The notes beneath the pieces were generated by a model. That model was given only the letters and a program-made list of their open reading frames with translations, made no database searches and was not told the origin of the DNA. From positions 1 to 64,000 of IMG/VR virus record IMGVR_UViG_3300002242_000758: a DNA stretch of 64,000 nt, one strand, 5' to 3'. Shown here one piece after another: positions 37,518 to 47,636 of this stretch (positions are counted from its first letter, which is position 1; each line of letters opens with the position of its first letter). The position numbers and the translations under genes are program-made. The DNA is from an uncultured virus (IMG/VR IMGVR_UViG_3300002242_000758). Taxonomy: Duplodnaviria; Heunggongvirae; Uroviricota; Caudoviricetes.

Positions 37518-38996
37518 ATGTTTAAAATTAACCTAGATATAAAACCTAATCTACCAGTATATATGGAGAGTGATGGTGATATAGAAGCATTTGAAGAAAT
37601 GTGTAATGCCGAGAACGACTTAAGAAGTCACGAATTAAAACAAGCGTTAGTTACTTCTGCTATAGAGTATTTAAGTCATGGTTTAGAATTTTCTAAGGAT
37701 TTAGTAGATAATAGTCGCGATGAAGAGTTAGGATTAGAGATTACTAAAAGTACCTTGAAATCTACATCTAAGTTATTAGGGCAGAATGCAGATATTGATA
37801 AAATAGCCGATAGTATTAAAAATTATGAAGTTGGAGTAGAGGCTAGTGATAATGTTTTAAAAAAATTATTGGCTAAAACAAAAGAATTGATAAAAAAAGC
37901 ATGGGATTTTTTAGTAAATTTAGCTAAAAAAGTTGTAGTATTTTTAAAGAATTTTATAGGTACTAAAGATACTGCTACTAAAATTAAGAAAGAATATGAT
38001 GAAGCTAAAGCTAAAGGTTTTAAAAAACCTTCAGAAGTTAAGTTCAGCGTTTTAGAAGCAGAAAATGCCATTCAGCCTCTTTCCCTCTTGATGAGATTAA
38101 AAGACACTGATGGTATTAATGCTTCTGACATAGAAAAAATAGTAATAGATAGTGCAGAAAGAGTAGCTGAATTTAACGGTGGTGAAGAATTTATAAAACC
38201 ATTAAATAACTTTCAAAAGGTAGAAAGTAATTTTTTAAAAAATATTGATGAAAACGCTACTTTAAGAGACATATTTAAACTTTTAGATTATGAAAAAGAG
38301 TTGCTTAAAGTACCACTAAAAAAAGGAATATATTTTTTAGATAAACTTCCGGAAAAACTTAAAGAAATCATTATAGAATCATCACAAGCACATATAGCTG
38401 GTGGATTAGGTAGGATCATTTTTAAAGTAGTTTATAACGATGGAGGTGGAGTGGGATTATTATCCACATCAGATCTTGGAGGTGCCGTTATTACTGAACA
38501 AGATTTAGATAATATAAAGGGAACTAAGGCATTTATATATGCCGAGCATTATTTTAAAAGTTTAGATGTATCTTTTTATTACGGTACTCCTATGTTCAAA
38601 TCACTTCAAGAAGACGCAAAATTGATAAGCAAATATGCAAAATACATAAAACCTATACCGTTAGATAAAATTAACTCAATAAGAAAAGATTTAGAACAGC
38701 TAGTAGAACAGACTAAGAAAAATTCACAAATTTTACAATCTAAAATTGAAAAAGCCGATGAAAAAGTAAAAAATATGCTCGCTATTCTAGATGAGAAGTC
38801 AAAAATATATGAAAAAAATGCTTTTTCCGATGTAAATTTACCTAAGCATATAAATGGATTGAAAATTGAGTACTGTAAATATTTAGAATCTCGAGCAGGA
38901 GCGGGGTTAAAAGCGGAACTTAAGTTTTTAAAAGCTTTAGTTAAACCTCCATATGAAAAATATATCTTAGAATCTTTAAAGCTATATGAAAAATAA
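37518..38996 (+). CDS. internal head (inner body) protein, paralog 3
   Basis: Start moved to ATG 37518 (AAAGGA RBS); YEVGVEASD..KKAWDFLVNL; ends KPPY..YILESLKLYEK. Confidence 0.75.
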   Translation: MFKINLDIKPNLPVYMESDGDIEAFEEMCNAENDLRSHELKQALVTSAIEYLSHGLEFSKDLVDNSRDEELGLEITKSTLKSTSKLLGQNADIDKIADSIKNYEVGVEASDNVLKKLLAKTKELIKKAWDFLVNLAKKVVVFLKNFIGTKDTATKIKKEYDEAKAKGFKKPSEVKFSVLEAENAIQPLSLLMRLKDTDGINASDIEKIVIDSAERVAEFNGGEEFIKPLNNFQKVESNFLKNIDENATLRDIFKLLDYEKELLKVPLKKGIYFLDKLPEKLKEIIIESSQAHIAGGLGRIIFKVVYNDGGGVGLLSTSDLGGAVITEQDLDNIKGTKAFIYAEHYFKSLDVSFYYGTPMFKSLQEDAKLISKYAKYIKPIPLDKINSIRKDLEQLVEQTKKNSQILQSKIEKADEKVKNMLAILDEKSKIYEKNAFSDVNLPKHINGLKIEYCKYLESRAGAGLKAELKFLKALVKPPYEKYILESLKLYEK

Positions 38997-39004
38997 AATA
39001 TTGG

Positions 39005-39051
39005 TATAAGGTTAGGGATTTGCCTTAACCTTATATATTAATATCTTTTTT
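39005..39051 (+). terminator. terminator
   Basis: TATAAGGTTAGGG..CCTTAACCTTATA hairpin. Confidence 0.7.
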
Positions 39052-39080
39052 AGTTGAAATTACAATAAAAGGATGTAACT

Positions 39081-39665
39081 ATGGTAAATATAAGATTTAT
39101 GACTAAAGACGATAACCCTAAGAGAGATATGTCTGTTTTTGATTTTAAGACTTTATTTAAAGGGTATACACAACCACCTAGTATAGTAGAGAGTTTAGAA
39201 ATACTAGATAAGTTTAAGAAGGATTTAATAGAAGATGGTATATTAGAATCGGATATGACTATGGGCGATGTTATACATGCTGTAGTAGATAGAGCTAGAC
39301 GTTTGAAAGATAGATCATCTAGTTCTATGCTAGATAGCGATATATTTTATGGTTTTAATGCGTTAGCTTTATATATAAATTTCCTAAATACTTATCCTAG
39401 ATTTGATATAAGTAGAGACACAATTAATTCTGGTCTATTTGATAATTTAAATAGGTGGACTTATGATTGTAATTTATCAGATGATGTAGATTTAGCATAT
39501 ATTGGATATAGTAAGATAGAATTAAATAAAAAACTAAATGAAAATGCGGCTAAGTTAGATTTAACAACAACTATAGCATATATTTATAGCTATCTAGGAT
39601 ATCCGGTCGCATTATACTTTATTTTTATTCTAACAAATTTAATGAAGGAAGAAGATGATAACTAG
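39081..39665 (+). CDS. hypothetical protein
   Basis: 194 aa, AAGGA RBS. Confidence 0.7.
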   Translation: MVNIRFMTKDDNPKRDMSVFDFKTLFKGYTQPPSIVESLEILDKFKKDLIEDGILESDMTMGDVIHAVVDRARRLKDRSSSSMLDSDIFYGFNALALYINFLNTYPRFDISRDTINSGLFDNLNRWTYDCNLSDDVDLAYIGYSKIELNKKLNENAAKLDLTTTIAYIYSYLGYPVALYFIFILTNLMKEEDDN

Positions 39666-41025
39666 ACTTATTATGTTGGAGGCTACTGATTATACAGTAG
39701 ACCTCCCAATAGTACAAGATATAGTTAAGGATTTTAAAAAAGAGGTCTTTAGGGATAAGGATGATAATTTAGATGTATATATTTACCAAGATGGGGAGAC
39801 TTATGATAACGAAACATATACTAATGAGATAGGTAGGCATAAATTACTCGTTAGTTATAGTTGTGAAGAAGGTGAGACTTTATCTTATTATCCTAGCATA
39901 TATAAAGCTAAAGATAAAATTATTTTAAAAGACAAACAAACTGGTTTTACTATAAGACCTATAACAACTCCTACAGATATGACAATAAATTTTACATATA
40001 AAAATAAATCTAAAGTTGTTATGCAAAAAATAGTTAATAGACTCAAAAATCTATATAAGTTTACAGGTTATCGTTTTTCACACAGACTTTCTTATAAATA
40101 TCTTTTCCCAAAACCTCTTATTGATCTTATAGAACATATAGCGAAACTTCTAAATAAAGATATATATAAATTCATAGAAGAATCCGCAGTAGTTAAATTC
40201 GATTATGCTGTTAAAAGAGGTTCTAATTATAAAGTTCCAAGTTTTAGAGGTGTTCAAGGTGGAATTATAGGTAATTTTTTGGAAGAAGGTAATAAGATAA
40301 AAATAGGCACTGATGACATATATTATACTATAGACTTTTCTTATATTATAACGTTCGATAAACCGACGGCATTAGCAGTTCATTATCCTATTTTAGTTAA
40401 TAATAAACCATTAGACAAAAAATGGTTACCAAAACAAGAAATAGCTGCAGGTAGGGATAAAGCTACAGGTAAATTTGACGTAAGTAGGATTATATCTGAT
40501 AAATTTAATTTTGGTACTTTATTTACAGATATACTTATAAGAGTACCTACCTATGATCAATTTACACCATTTCATAGTGATAATGGTTCTAAAATAATGT
40601 TATTGTCTATATTAATAAATTTAGAAGAAGATAAAAAAGATATTCTCTTAAATATAAATGATTTAAAACGTATAGGACTTCCGGATGAAATAGTAGAATA
40701 TTTATTAGAAACAAATGAAAAAGATCTATTTACATTTACACAGTCATTATTTTATATAGAGCTTTATGAAAATAACTATATAAAAGATAAGGAAATGTAT
40801 AAAGATACTGAAGGTAATATTAGAACAGAGATACCTTTAGACTTAACAAAGACCTATCATTTACTATTTAATGTGGTAATGAATAAAAAATTATTAGCAT
40901 ATTGTAAACCGGAAGGAAATAGTAGAATAACTAAAGATGAAAGACTTATGGAATTTATGGGTATTAATTTTAACGATGATAGATTTGCCTTAGTTATTAA
41001 AGATAAAAATGTAACTGGCTATTAG
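39655..41025 (+). CDS. virion structural protein (phiKZ gp98-like)
   Basis: 456 aa; FSY...FDKPT...HYPILVNN, RVPTYD.F; synteny in the gp98-101 block. Confidence 0.6.
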   Translation: MITRLIMLEATDYTVDLPIVQDIVKDFKKEVFRDKDDNLDVYIYQDGETYDNETYTNEIGRHKLLVSYSCEEGETLSYYPSIYKAKDKIILKDKQTGFTIRPITTPTDMTINFTYKNKSKVVMQKIVNRLKNLYKFTGYRFSHRLSYKYLFPKPLIDLIEHIAKLLNKDIYKFIEESAVVKFDYAVKRGSNYKVPSFRGVQGGIIGNFLEEGNKIKIGTDDIYYTIDFSYIITFDKPTALAVHYPILVNNKPLDKKWLPKQEIAAGRDKATGKFDVSRIISDKFNFGTLFTDILIRVPTYDQFTPFHSDNGSKIMLLSILINLEEDKKDILLNINDLKRIGLPDEIVEYLLETNEKDLFTFTQSLFYIELYENNYIKDKEMYKDTEGNIRTEIPLDLTKTYHLLFNVVMNKKLLAYCKPEGNSRITKDERLMEFMGINFNDDRFALVIKDKNVTGY

Positions 41026-41055
41026 AAGGTATAGGTCCATACCTATACCTTCTGA
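41023..41055 (+). terminator. terminator hairpin
   Basis: AGAAGGTATAGGT..ACCTATACCTTCT. Confidence 0.7.
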
Positions 41056-41102
41056 TGTCTTTAGCTAGCTTAAATTGAAATATAATTACATAAGGATGTA
41101 TT

Positions 41103-42380
41103 ATGGCTATATATGGCATAAATGAAGAGATAAATAGTAATATAACTAGAAAAGAAAGTGATAGTTTAGTTCCTCATTACGAAACAGATGCCACAGAGAC
41201 TAATTTAGTAGCGACAGTAAGCGGACAGAGTTGGAAGGTTACATTTTTCCATAGGATTACTCCTAATAATATGGATATTACTACGTATGACCCTAATTTA
41301 GATTTAACACTTTACGATTATAATAGGATAGATGATTTTATTATAAAACTTGATAGTCCAGTACCTACTGGTACTCCTGATAATATGGATGGATCTGGCA
41401 TAATAGATACATCGTTTCGTCCTAATGTCGCAGATGTTTTCCTAGCAAAAATACCGGATGGTAGGACAGTTATATATGCAATAAGTGCCGTTAAAAGAAT
41501 TAATTATAATAATAATTATCTATATAGAATAGAATTTAAAGCACATACAATAATATCTGATCCTAATGATCCTATTTTAAATAAATTAATAAAAGCTACT
41601 ACTAATCATTTAGTTTATAACGAAAAGTTTAGATTAACTCACGATAAGCCGTTATATGGGAAGGATGAATATAAAATAAGAGAACAGTATTTATCCTATA
41701 TAGATGCTTTATTGAAGTTATGGGCTGATAGATATATTTTAACTGAAAATAAATATTTCATATCTTTTAAATATAAAGATATGAATGAACCAAAAATAAG
41801 CTATAGAGTTTTTGATCCTTATATAGAAAGATTTGTTAAACATATAATAGGAATCAATAACTTACCAAATGATCTAGAGTTAATGTCTTTAGAAGACAAT
41901 AATGTAACTATTTTAGATGCACTTTTAAATAATAATGTTATCTTTAAAGATATAAAACAATATTACGTGTTAAAGAATTTAGGTCAATTTACAAATAACC
42001 CTTATCTATTTCCTATACAATATACTGGAATAAATAAATTAATTAGTGTTACAAATATAGATGATGATACTATAGATAGTAAAAATGCAGTGGTAAATGA
42101 TCTATTTCCTAAACTAGATAATAAATTTTATATATTTAGACAATACATATATTTAGTATTAGGCGGCGATAGTATAGAACAATATTCTGATAATTTAACT
42201 CTATTTGAAATTATGGTGTTAAAGATGATGGACAGTAGCCCATTAAACCATGATGACATAATGACTATCTATAAAAATATTATTTTATTAGACGAAAAAG
42301 AGATGTTTTATTTCATACCTATTTTTATTTATATGCTTAGATATTCATTAGAGGTCTTTACGGTAGAGTTTATAAATTAA
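41103..42380 (+). CDS. virion structural protein (phiKZ gp99-like, possible neck)
   Basis: 425 aa; VSGQSWKVTFF, PNVADVFLAKI.DGR, FDPY, FYFIPI. Confidence 0.65.
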   Translation: MAIYGINEEINSNITRKESDSLVPHYETDATETNLVATVSGQSWKVTFFHRITPNNMDITTYDPNLDLTLYDYNRIDDFIIKLDSPVPTGTPDNMDGSGIIDTSFRPNVADVFLAKIPDGRTVIYAISAVKRINYNNNYLYRIEFKAHTIISDPNDPILNKLIKATTNHLVYNEKFRLTHDKPLYGKDEYKIREQYLSYIDALLKLWADRYILTENKYFISFKYKDMNEPKISYRVFDPYIERFVKHIIGINNLPNDLELMSLEDNNVTILDALLNNNVIFKDIKQYYVLKNLGQFTNNPYLFPIQYTGINKLISVTNIDDDTIDSKNAVVNDLFPKLDNKFYIFRQYIYLVLGGDSIEQYSDNLTLFEIMVLKMMDSSPLNHDDIMTIYKNIILLDEKEMFYFIPIFIYMLRYSLEVFTVEFIN

Positions 42381-42395
42381 AAAAAAGGAGATTTT

Positions 42396-43010
42396 ATGCA
42401 ATATAGGGTTCCTACATTTAATAGAGTAACTATACCAAATATTCTTTCAGATTTACATAATAAAAAGATTACAGTAGTAGTGCCACAGGCAGCTATATAT
42501 TCAGATGCAGAATTAACTGTTCAAAATGAACCAACATTATTTATGGACAATGCCCCAGTAAAGAATAAACGTAGTATGGGTAATGAAGTTACATATACTG
42601 GCATAATTGATAATATAGTAAATGATGAACTAAAAGAGGCTTCTAGACTTAATAAAATAAAAGTAAGATTGCCATTATCTACAGTCATAGATCTTTTTCA
42701 TAAACAGTATTCTATCTATGTACCTAAAGCAGATAATGATTTAAAAAAGTTAATAGAATATATGGATGATATTCTTTATAGATTAGAAAATAGTTCTGAT
42801 AAAAGAGCACCCGAACTATTTGAGTATATAGATGAGTTCTATAATACCGTTCTTAAGAATCAAAAAGAGGCTATTGTTAGGAAATTTACTACATTTGATA
42901 ATGCGCCTAAGGGAGCTAAACCTATAGCCGGTTTTAGTAAAGGCCTTCTAGAAGAACGGGATGTTAATGCTGCTACTTTTATAGATTTAGATAGTGTTAT
43001 TGTTAAATAG
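42396..43010 (+). CDS. conserved protein (phiKZ gp100-like by position)
   Basis: 204 aa between the gp99-like and gp101-like genes; AAGGAG RBS. Confidence 0.5.
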   Translation: MQYRVPTFNRVTIPNILSDLHNKKITVVVPQAAIYSDAELTVQNEPTLFMDNAPVKNKRSMGNEVTYTGIIDNIVNDELKEASRLNKIKVRLPLSTVIDLFHKQYSIYVPKADNDLKKLIEYMDDILYRLENSSDKRAPELFEYIDEFYNTVLKNQKEAIVRKFTTFDNAPKGAKPIAGFSKGLLEERDVNAATFIDLDSVIVK

Positions 43011-43018
43011 GAGATAAA

Positions 43019-44332
43019 ATGTCAACACTAACATCACAAGCATTAGGTAAGGAAGTAAAAGAGATAATAGGAAAATCTAAACATTTTATTATGCCTGATT
43101 ATGAATTTATTATCCATACAAAAGAAAAAGATATTACAATACCCCATCTATTAAATATAGAGGTCGAACGTAATTATAGTGAGAATGTATCAGATATTAT
43201 TTATGTAGAATTTTTAATAGGTTTAGGCTTTGCTACTAAAACCCTATTTGAAAATAGGGACGCATTAGAAGCTACTATAAAACTTAAATATAGTAACAAA
43301 AAGATCTTTAAACGGAGATTTAAATTAATATTAATTACTAAATTAGAAGATATTTATGATAGTAAAGTAAGTAAGGCTAGTGAAAATACTTTAGATAAAC
43401 AAGATTTCGCTACGATAAGAGCTCAATGTGTAGATGATATGGTTTTAATTCTTAAGAATAAATATATATCAGGTATATTCCATAACTGTGATCTAAAAAC
43501 ATTGATAAAAGGAATTATAGCAAAACAGTTTAAAGAACTTAATGTTGATGCTAATGTTAATATTTATGATCTTGATAATAAAACTAAATATGAAAATATT
43601 ATTATAGATCCGTTTACTAAATTTGTAAAATTGCCTTATATCTTACAGAATACTCATTATGGTTTATACAAATATGGAGTTAATATCTATTTTACTAATC
43701 TATCAGAAACTAATAAGATAAAATATGATGTAGATATTTTTCCAGTATTTGACTATACTAGGTATAAAAAAGAGAGTAAACGATCTAAATTACTACTTAT
43801 TAGTCCTGAAGATTCTAACCTTAGTAAAAATGATTTTAACTTTTATTATAAAAATGGTATATATAAAACTTTAGTTAATAATTTAGAGTTTAAGATAGAA
43901 GGAGAGGATAGACGGTATAAAATAGGTAACGGTATGATAATGGAATATTCCCATAATACTATAAATAGAGATTTAGTAACTGTAACAAATGATAAAGTTA
44001 CATTCGATGAAACATCAGCATACGATATAGTTAAAGTAGATAAGACTAGAAGCATTAGTAACTTAATAGAGACTAATGGTGACGATAATATCTATAAGTA
44101 TGATAGTGTCTTAAATAGGCTACAGGGAATAATAGGTAGTGTAATGTTACCCAAAGTTAATCCTGAAGTCATATATCCAGGTATGCCTCTTAAGTATATA
44201 TTTATAAATGACGGAAAATTACATTTTACAACTGGTATTGTACAAGGAGTACATTTTACATATGACTTTATTAATCAAACATCAGTAGCTACACTTGTAG
44301 CAATTTTTAAACGAATAACAAAGGAAAAATGA
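43019..44332 (+). CDS. baseplate hub-like protein (phiKZ gp101-like)
   Basis: 437 aa; ERNYSENVSD.I, LQN..YGLY..G, IFPVFD..R, NPEVIYPGMP. Confidence 0.7.
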   Translation: MSTLTSQALGKEVKEIIGKSKHFIMPDYEFIIHTKEKDITIPHLLNIEVERNYSENVSDIIYVEFLIGLGFATKTLFENRDALEATIKLKYSNKKIFKRRFKLILITKLEDIYDSKVSKASENTLDKQDFATIRAQCVDDMVLILKNKYISGIFHNCDLKTLIKGIIAKQFKELNVDANVNIYDLDNKTKYENIIIDPFTKFVKLPYILQNTHYGLYKYGVNIYFTNLSETNKIKYDVDIFPVFDYTRYKKESKRSKLLLISPEDSNLSKNDFNFYYKNGIYKTLVNNLEFKIEGEDRRYKIGNGMIMEYSHNTINRDLVTVTNDKVTFDETSAYDIVKVDKTRSISNLIETNGDDNIYKYDSVLNRLQGIIGSVMLPKVNPEVIYPGMPLKYIFINDGKLHFTTGIVQGVHFTYDFINQTSVATLVAIFKRITKEK

Positions 44333-44670
44333 TGATTAAATTTATAGGTGATAAGTATAAGTTTACTGCAGTTGTTGAAAATGAAGAAAGTCTTTTAAAA
44401 AGTATAGAAGAAAAACTTAAGGTATTATTAGACGAAGCATCGCTAGATAAATATACCGCAGTCTATAAAACTAAGATATTCGATTTAATATTAGAAAATA
44501 GGATATTAGAAGAATTTATAAAGTCGTTCCATAATGTAGAAAAAAATAGACCATATCTAATTAATCTAAGTCTTAAAGATGAAAATTATTCTTATATAAT
44601 AGCTAATGTTAGTATAGATGAGGTAAATCAAGGTTTTATAATAAATAAAACACTACAAACATTATCCTAA
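44329..44670 (+). CDS. hypothetical protein
   Basis: 113 aa, AAGGA RBS, overlapping start. Confidence 0.65.
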   Translation: MMIKFIGDKYKFTAVVENEESLLKSIEEKLKVLLDEASLDKYTAVYKTKIFDLILENRILEEFIKSFHNVEKNRPYLINLSLKDENYSYIIANVSIDEVNQGFIINKTLQTLS

Positions 44671-44694
44671 GTATAGCCAATATGGGCTATACTT
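44669..44694. terminator. bidirectional terminator touching both stop codons
   Basis: AAGTATAGCC..GGCTATACTT. Confidence 0.7.
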
Positions 44695-45289
44695 AGAATT
44701 CTATTTCATCTATAAAATCAGGATCTTTGCTTTCTAATATTTTTGACTGTCCATCTTTAGATTTTAATCTATCTTTATAATAATCGAAAATCTTATTAAG
44801 TTCGTTCTTAAATTTTATAACCTCATTGTTATCTGGATCTAAACCGTTTAATATAATATTAGTTAAAGATCTTATTTTAAGATCTGCTGCTCTTGGATTA
44901 CTATCTACTAGATCCTTATAAGACATTATAGTACCTCTTAACTTATTCTTTTCTAGTTTTTCGTTATTAACATCTATTATCATAGGTGGTAAACTAAATA
45001 ATGTTTCATCATTCTCATCTACTACTGTTAATGTTACTCTATAACCACCGGATAAGTCTTTTAAATTATTAATAAAAATAGTATTGTTGATATCGTTATG
45101 TTCTACTTCTCCTAGAATATATGGTAATAGATATGTTTCAAATTCCTGTTTTGTTATCTTTGTTTCTGCTTTAGTTAGATTTTTTATTTTTTTACTTAAT
45201 TCAGTTAGCTCTTTTTTATATTCATTATTTAGATTTTCTTTTATAGTTTCCATTTTTTCATCCTTTTTAAATAATTTATTTTTTTCCAT
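44693..45289 (-). CDS. conserved jumbo-phage protein, candidate ChmB (shell-associated pore protein)
   Basis: 198 aa; EF..YLLP..G....VTLTVVDE..ETLFSLPP pattern and size resemble my recollection of ChmB/gp2; unverified. Confidence 0.45.
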   Translation of the reverse strand: MEKNKLFKKDEKMETIKENLNNEYKKELTELSKKIKNLTKAETKITKQEFETYLLPYILGEVEHNDINNTIFINNLKDLSGGYRVTLTVVDENDETLFSLPPMIIDVNNEKLEKNKLRGTIMSYKDLVDSNPRAADLKIRSLTNIILNGLDPDNNEVIKFKNELNKIFDYYKDRLKSKDGQSKILESKDPDFIDEIEF

Positions 45290-45290
45290 T

Positions 45291-45707
45291 TTACGCTCCT
45301 AAAAAGTAGTCTATTTTATTATCTATTTTTTTAACTTCATTATCTTCTATAGAGGCTGATTTGTTTAGTGTGTAAGTTTTACCATCATGTACAACTTCTA
45401 CATTTATCACTAATATCACTCTATGCTTATGCTCATTTATTTTCTCTTCCTTTATACCAACATCGACATCTACATTACCCCAATATCTATTATATAGTTT
45501 AAATAGAGTATCCTTGACGCTATCTTCTAGTTTGTTAAAGTCAGGGCCAGCATCTCTTACTAAATATGGTAGACTAGATATCTCTCCATAAAAAAGTTTT
45601 GTTTGGGAATATTCTGATAGAACAAAATATTCAAATAGCTTAGTCATCATAAAATCAGTATTGTCTAAGTATCCATCTAAGGTTAACGTTGGTACTTTTT
45701 TAACCAT
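45291..45707 (-). CDS. gp25-like sheath initiator / baseplate protein (phiKZ gp62-like)
   Basis: Start moved to ATG 45707 (AAGGAG RBS), 138 aa; VPTL..DGY, SEYSQT.LF.G.ISSL, L.KLYNRYW..VDVDV. Confidence 0.55.
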   Translation of the reverse strand: MVKKVPTLTLDGYLDNTDFMMTKLFEYFVLSEYSQTKLFYGEISSLPYLVRDAGPDFNKLEDSVKDTLFKLYNRYWGNVDVDVGIKEEKINEHKHRVILVINVEVVHDGKTYTLNKSASIEDNEVKKIDNKIDYFLGA

Positions 45708-45746
45708 TAAGACTCCTTTACAAATTTTCAAAATAAGAGGTATGCC

Positions 45747-46835
45747 ATGCAAAAAATTCTATGTATATCAGACATCCATTTAGGACATGACGTTAATAAG
45801 ACAGAAGATATTATACATAATCTTAGAAGATTCTTTAAAACATATAATAAAGATATTAAACTTCTAAATATGATAGTTATATCTGGAGATATTTTTGATC
45901 AGTTGTTACCGGCAAATGGTGTAGATATGAATATGATCTATTTGTGGTTAGTAGAACTAGTTAAGTTATGTGGGAAATATGATATTTCATTAAGAGTTTT
46001 AGAAGGTACTCCTAGCCATGACTGGAAGCAGTTTAAACTGCTATACAATACTTTAATGAAATTAGAACTTAATGTAGATTTAAAATACTTCGATGAACTA
46101 GATATAGAATATAACGAAAAATTAAATAAATATATTTTATATATTCCAGATGAATGGAAGCCTACTCCAGATGAAATATACCAAGCTGCTAAATTAAAAA
46201 TAGAAGAGTATGGTCTAAAACAAGTAGATATGATAATCATGCATGGGGCTTTTAGTTACCAATTACCTGATTTTTTAGATCATACTTTAGACCCAGAAAA
46301 ATTTTTAACATTAACAGATGGGCCTATACTAGTAGGACATATTCATAAACATAGTATATATAAAAGGATTATAGTTCCGGGTAGTTTTGATGCACTAACG
46401 CATGATGATGATTATAGAAAAGAGAAGAAAGGAGGAATTTTAATATATCTAGAAGACGATAATACGTTTAATGTAAAATTTTTACTTAATAGATATGCTT
46501 TAAAATTTACAACTATTAATGTAAAAGATAAAGATTTAGATACCTTATCTAAACAGTTAGATAAGTTTAGAAAAAAAGATGTAAGGGTAAGATTAGTCAT
46601 AGATAACGATAGCCAACTAACTAAAAATTTGAAAGAGTTAATACAGAAATACCCAGAATTACACATAACCATAAAGAAAAATAAAAAAAATAGTAATACT
46701 GAAACTTTAAATAAGACTATTAAAAAAATAGATATAATTAAATTAGACCATGATACTATAGTAGAGTATATTAATAAAAAAGAAGATAATAAAGATACTG
46801 CTAAAAATATGATTGAGATTATGGATAGATTATAA
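45747..46835 (+). CDS. sbcD: SbcD/Mre11-like metallophosphoesterase nuclease (phiKZ gp65-like)
   Basis: ISDIHLG, SGDIFD, LEGTPSHD, MHG, GHIH, PGSFD. Confidence 0.9.
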   Translation: MQKILCISDIHLGHDVNKTEDIIHNLRRFFKTYNKDIKLLNMIVISGDIFDQLLPANGVDMNMIYLWLVELVKLCGKYDISLRVLEGTPSHDWKQFKLLYNTLMKLELNVDLKYFDELDIEYNEKLNKYILYIPDEWKPTPDEIYQAAKLKIEEYGLKQVDMIIMHGAFSYQLPDFLDHTLDPEKFLTLTDGPILVGHIHKHSIYKRIIVPGSFDALTHDDDYRKEKKGGILIYLEDDNTFNVKFLLNRYALKFTTINVKDKDLDTLSKQLDKFRKKDVRVRLVIDNDSQLTKNLKELIQKYPELHITIKKNKKNSNTETLNKTIKKIDIIKLDHDTIVEYINKKEDNKDTAKNMIEIMDRL

Positions 46836-46863
46836 AAAATATTTATAATATATTTTTTACCAA

Positions 46864-46880
46864 GATATGACTTATATGAT
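46864..46880 (+). promoter_or_regulatory. variant early-type promoter
   Basis: T tract + GATATGAC-TT-ATATGAT. Confidence 0.55.
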
Positions 46881-46904
46881 ACTAAAAAATAGAAAGGATG
46901 TAAA

Positions 46905-47540
46905 ATGAATGTAAACATAATGTTGAGTAGAGCAGTACTGTATAGAGAGCTTAATGATGATAAGTTGCATATGCTAAAATTCGGAGTCTATAAGAATATG
47001 TTAAGACTATATGTTAGTGAGGCTAGTAAAAATAATATAAGGGATAATAAATTATTATTCACTATGCCTATACCCACTATCGATGCTAGAGTAGTTTTAA
47101 ACACATTAGAGACTCTTAATGAGCAGAAAGAAGGGTTTAATATAGCATATTCTCTATTTGGTAAAAAGTTTGTAGACAACCAACCGGTTCCTAATGAAAA
47201 AGAATTGATGGGTGTTATAGGTTTAGCTAGAGTAAAAAATAAAGATGACAGTATAGTGAATATCGTCTATATAACTACTCCTCTTGAAACTAAATATGTT
47301 TTCCCATTATTGCCAACCCCGTATATAGAGATAATCAAAAACGGGGAACTGGTTAAAGATAAAACAGAACTAAGTCGTATATGGTCAAAGGCATACGCAG
47401 ATAATTTTAAAGCTATCCTAGATAATTTCCCAGAGGCTAAAATTACTGAACCAAAAACATATAATAATAATTATAGGCAATCAAAACCGAATGCCAAACC
47501 AAAACCTTTGTCTGCCGATGACATTTTAGATGAGCTATAG
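46905..47540 (+). CDS. candidate ChmC-like (Whirly-fold) nucleic-acid-binding protein (phiKZ gp67-like)
   Basis: 211 aa; LKFGVYKNMLRLYV beta pattern, disordered tail ending DDILDEL; lies in the SbcD-gp68 block. Confidence 0.55.
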   Translation: MNVNIMLSRAVLYRELNDDKLHMLKFGVYKNMLRLYVSEASKNNIRDNKLLFTMPIPTIDARVVLNTLETLNEQKEGFNIAYSLFGKKFVDNQPVPNEKELMGVIGLARVKNKDDSIVNIVYITTPLETKYVFPLLPTPYIEIIKNGELVKDKTELSRIWSKAYADNFKAILDNFPEAKITEPKTYNNNYRQSKPNAKPKPLSADDILDEL

Positions 47541-47569
47541 TAGGGCATCAGCTCTACTATAGGTTTTTT
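47536..47569 (+). terminator. terminator overlapping the stop codon
   Basis: TATAGTAGGGC-ATCA-GCTCTACTATA followed by a T run. Confidence 0.75.
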
Positions 47570-47586
47570 CATAATTTTTTCATTTT

Positions 47587-47613
47587 TATATAACTAATAT
47601 GAGCCCAAGGCTT
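47587..47613 (+). promoter_or_regulatory. phage early-type promoter
   Basis: T tract + TATATAAC-TA-ATATGAGCC-CAA-GGCTT. Confidence 0.8.
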
Positions 47614-47636
47614 AATAAAATATAGGGAGGGAAAAA

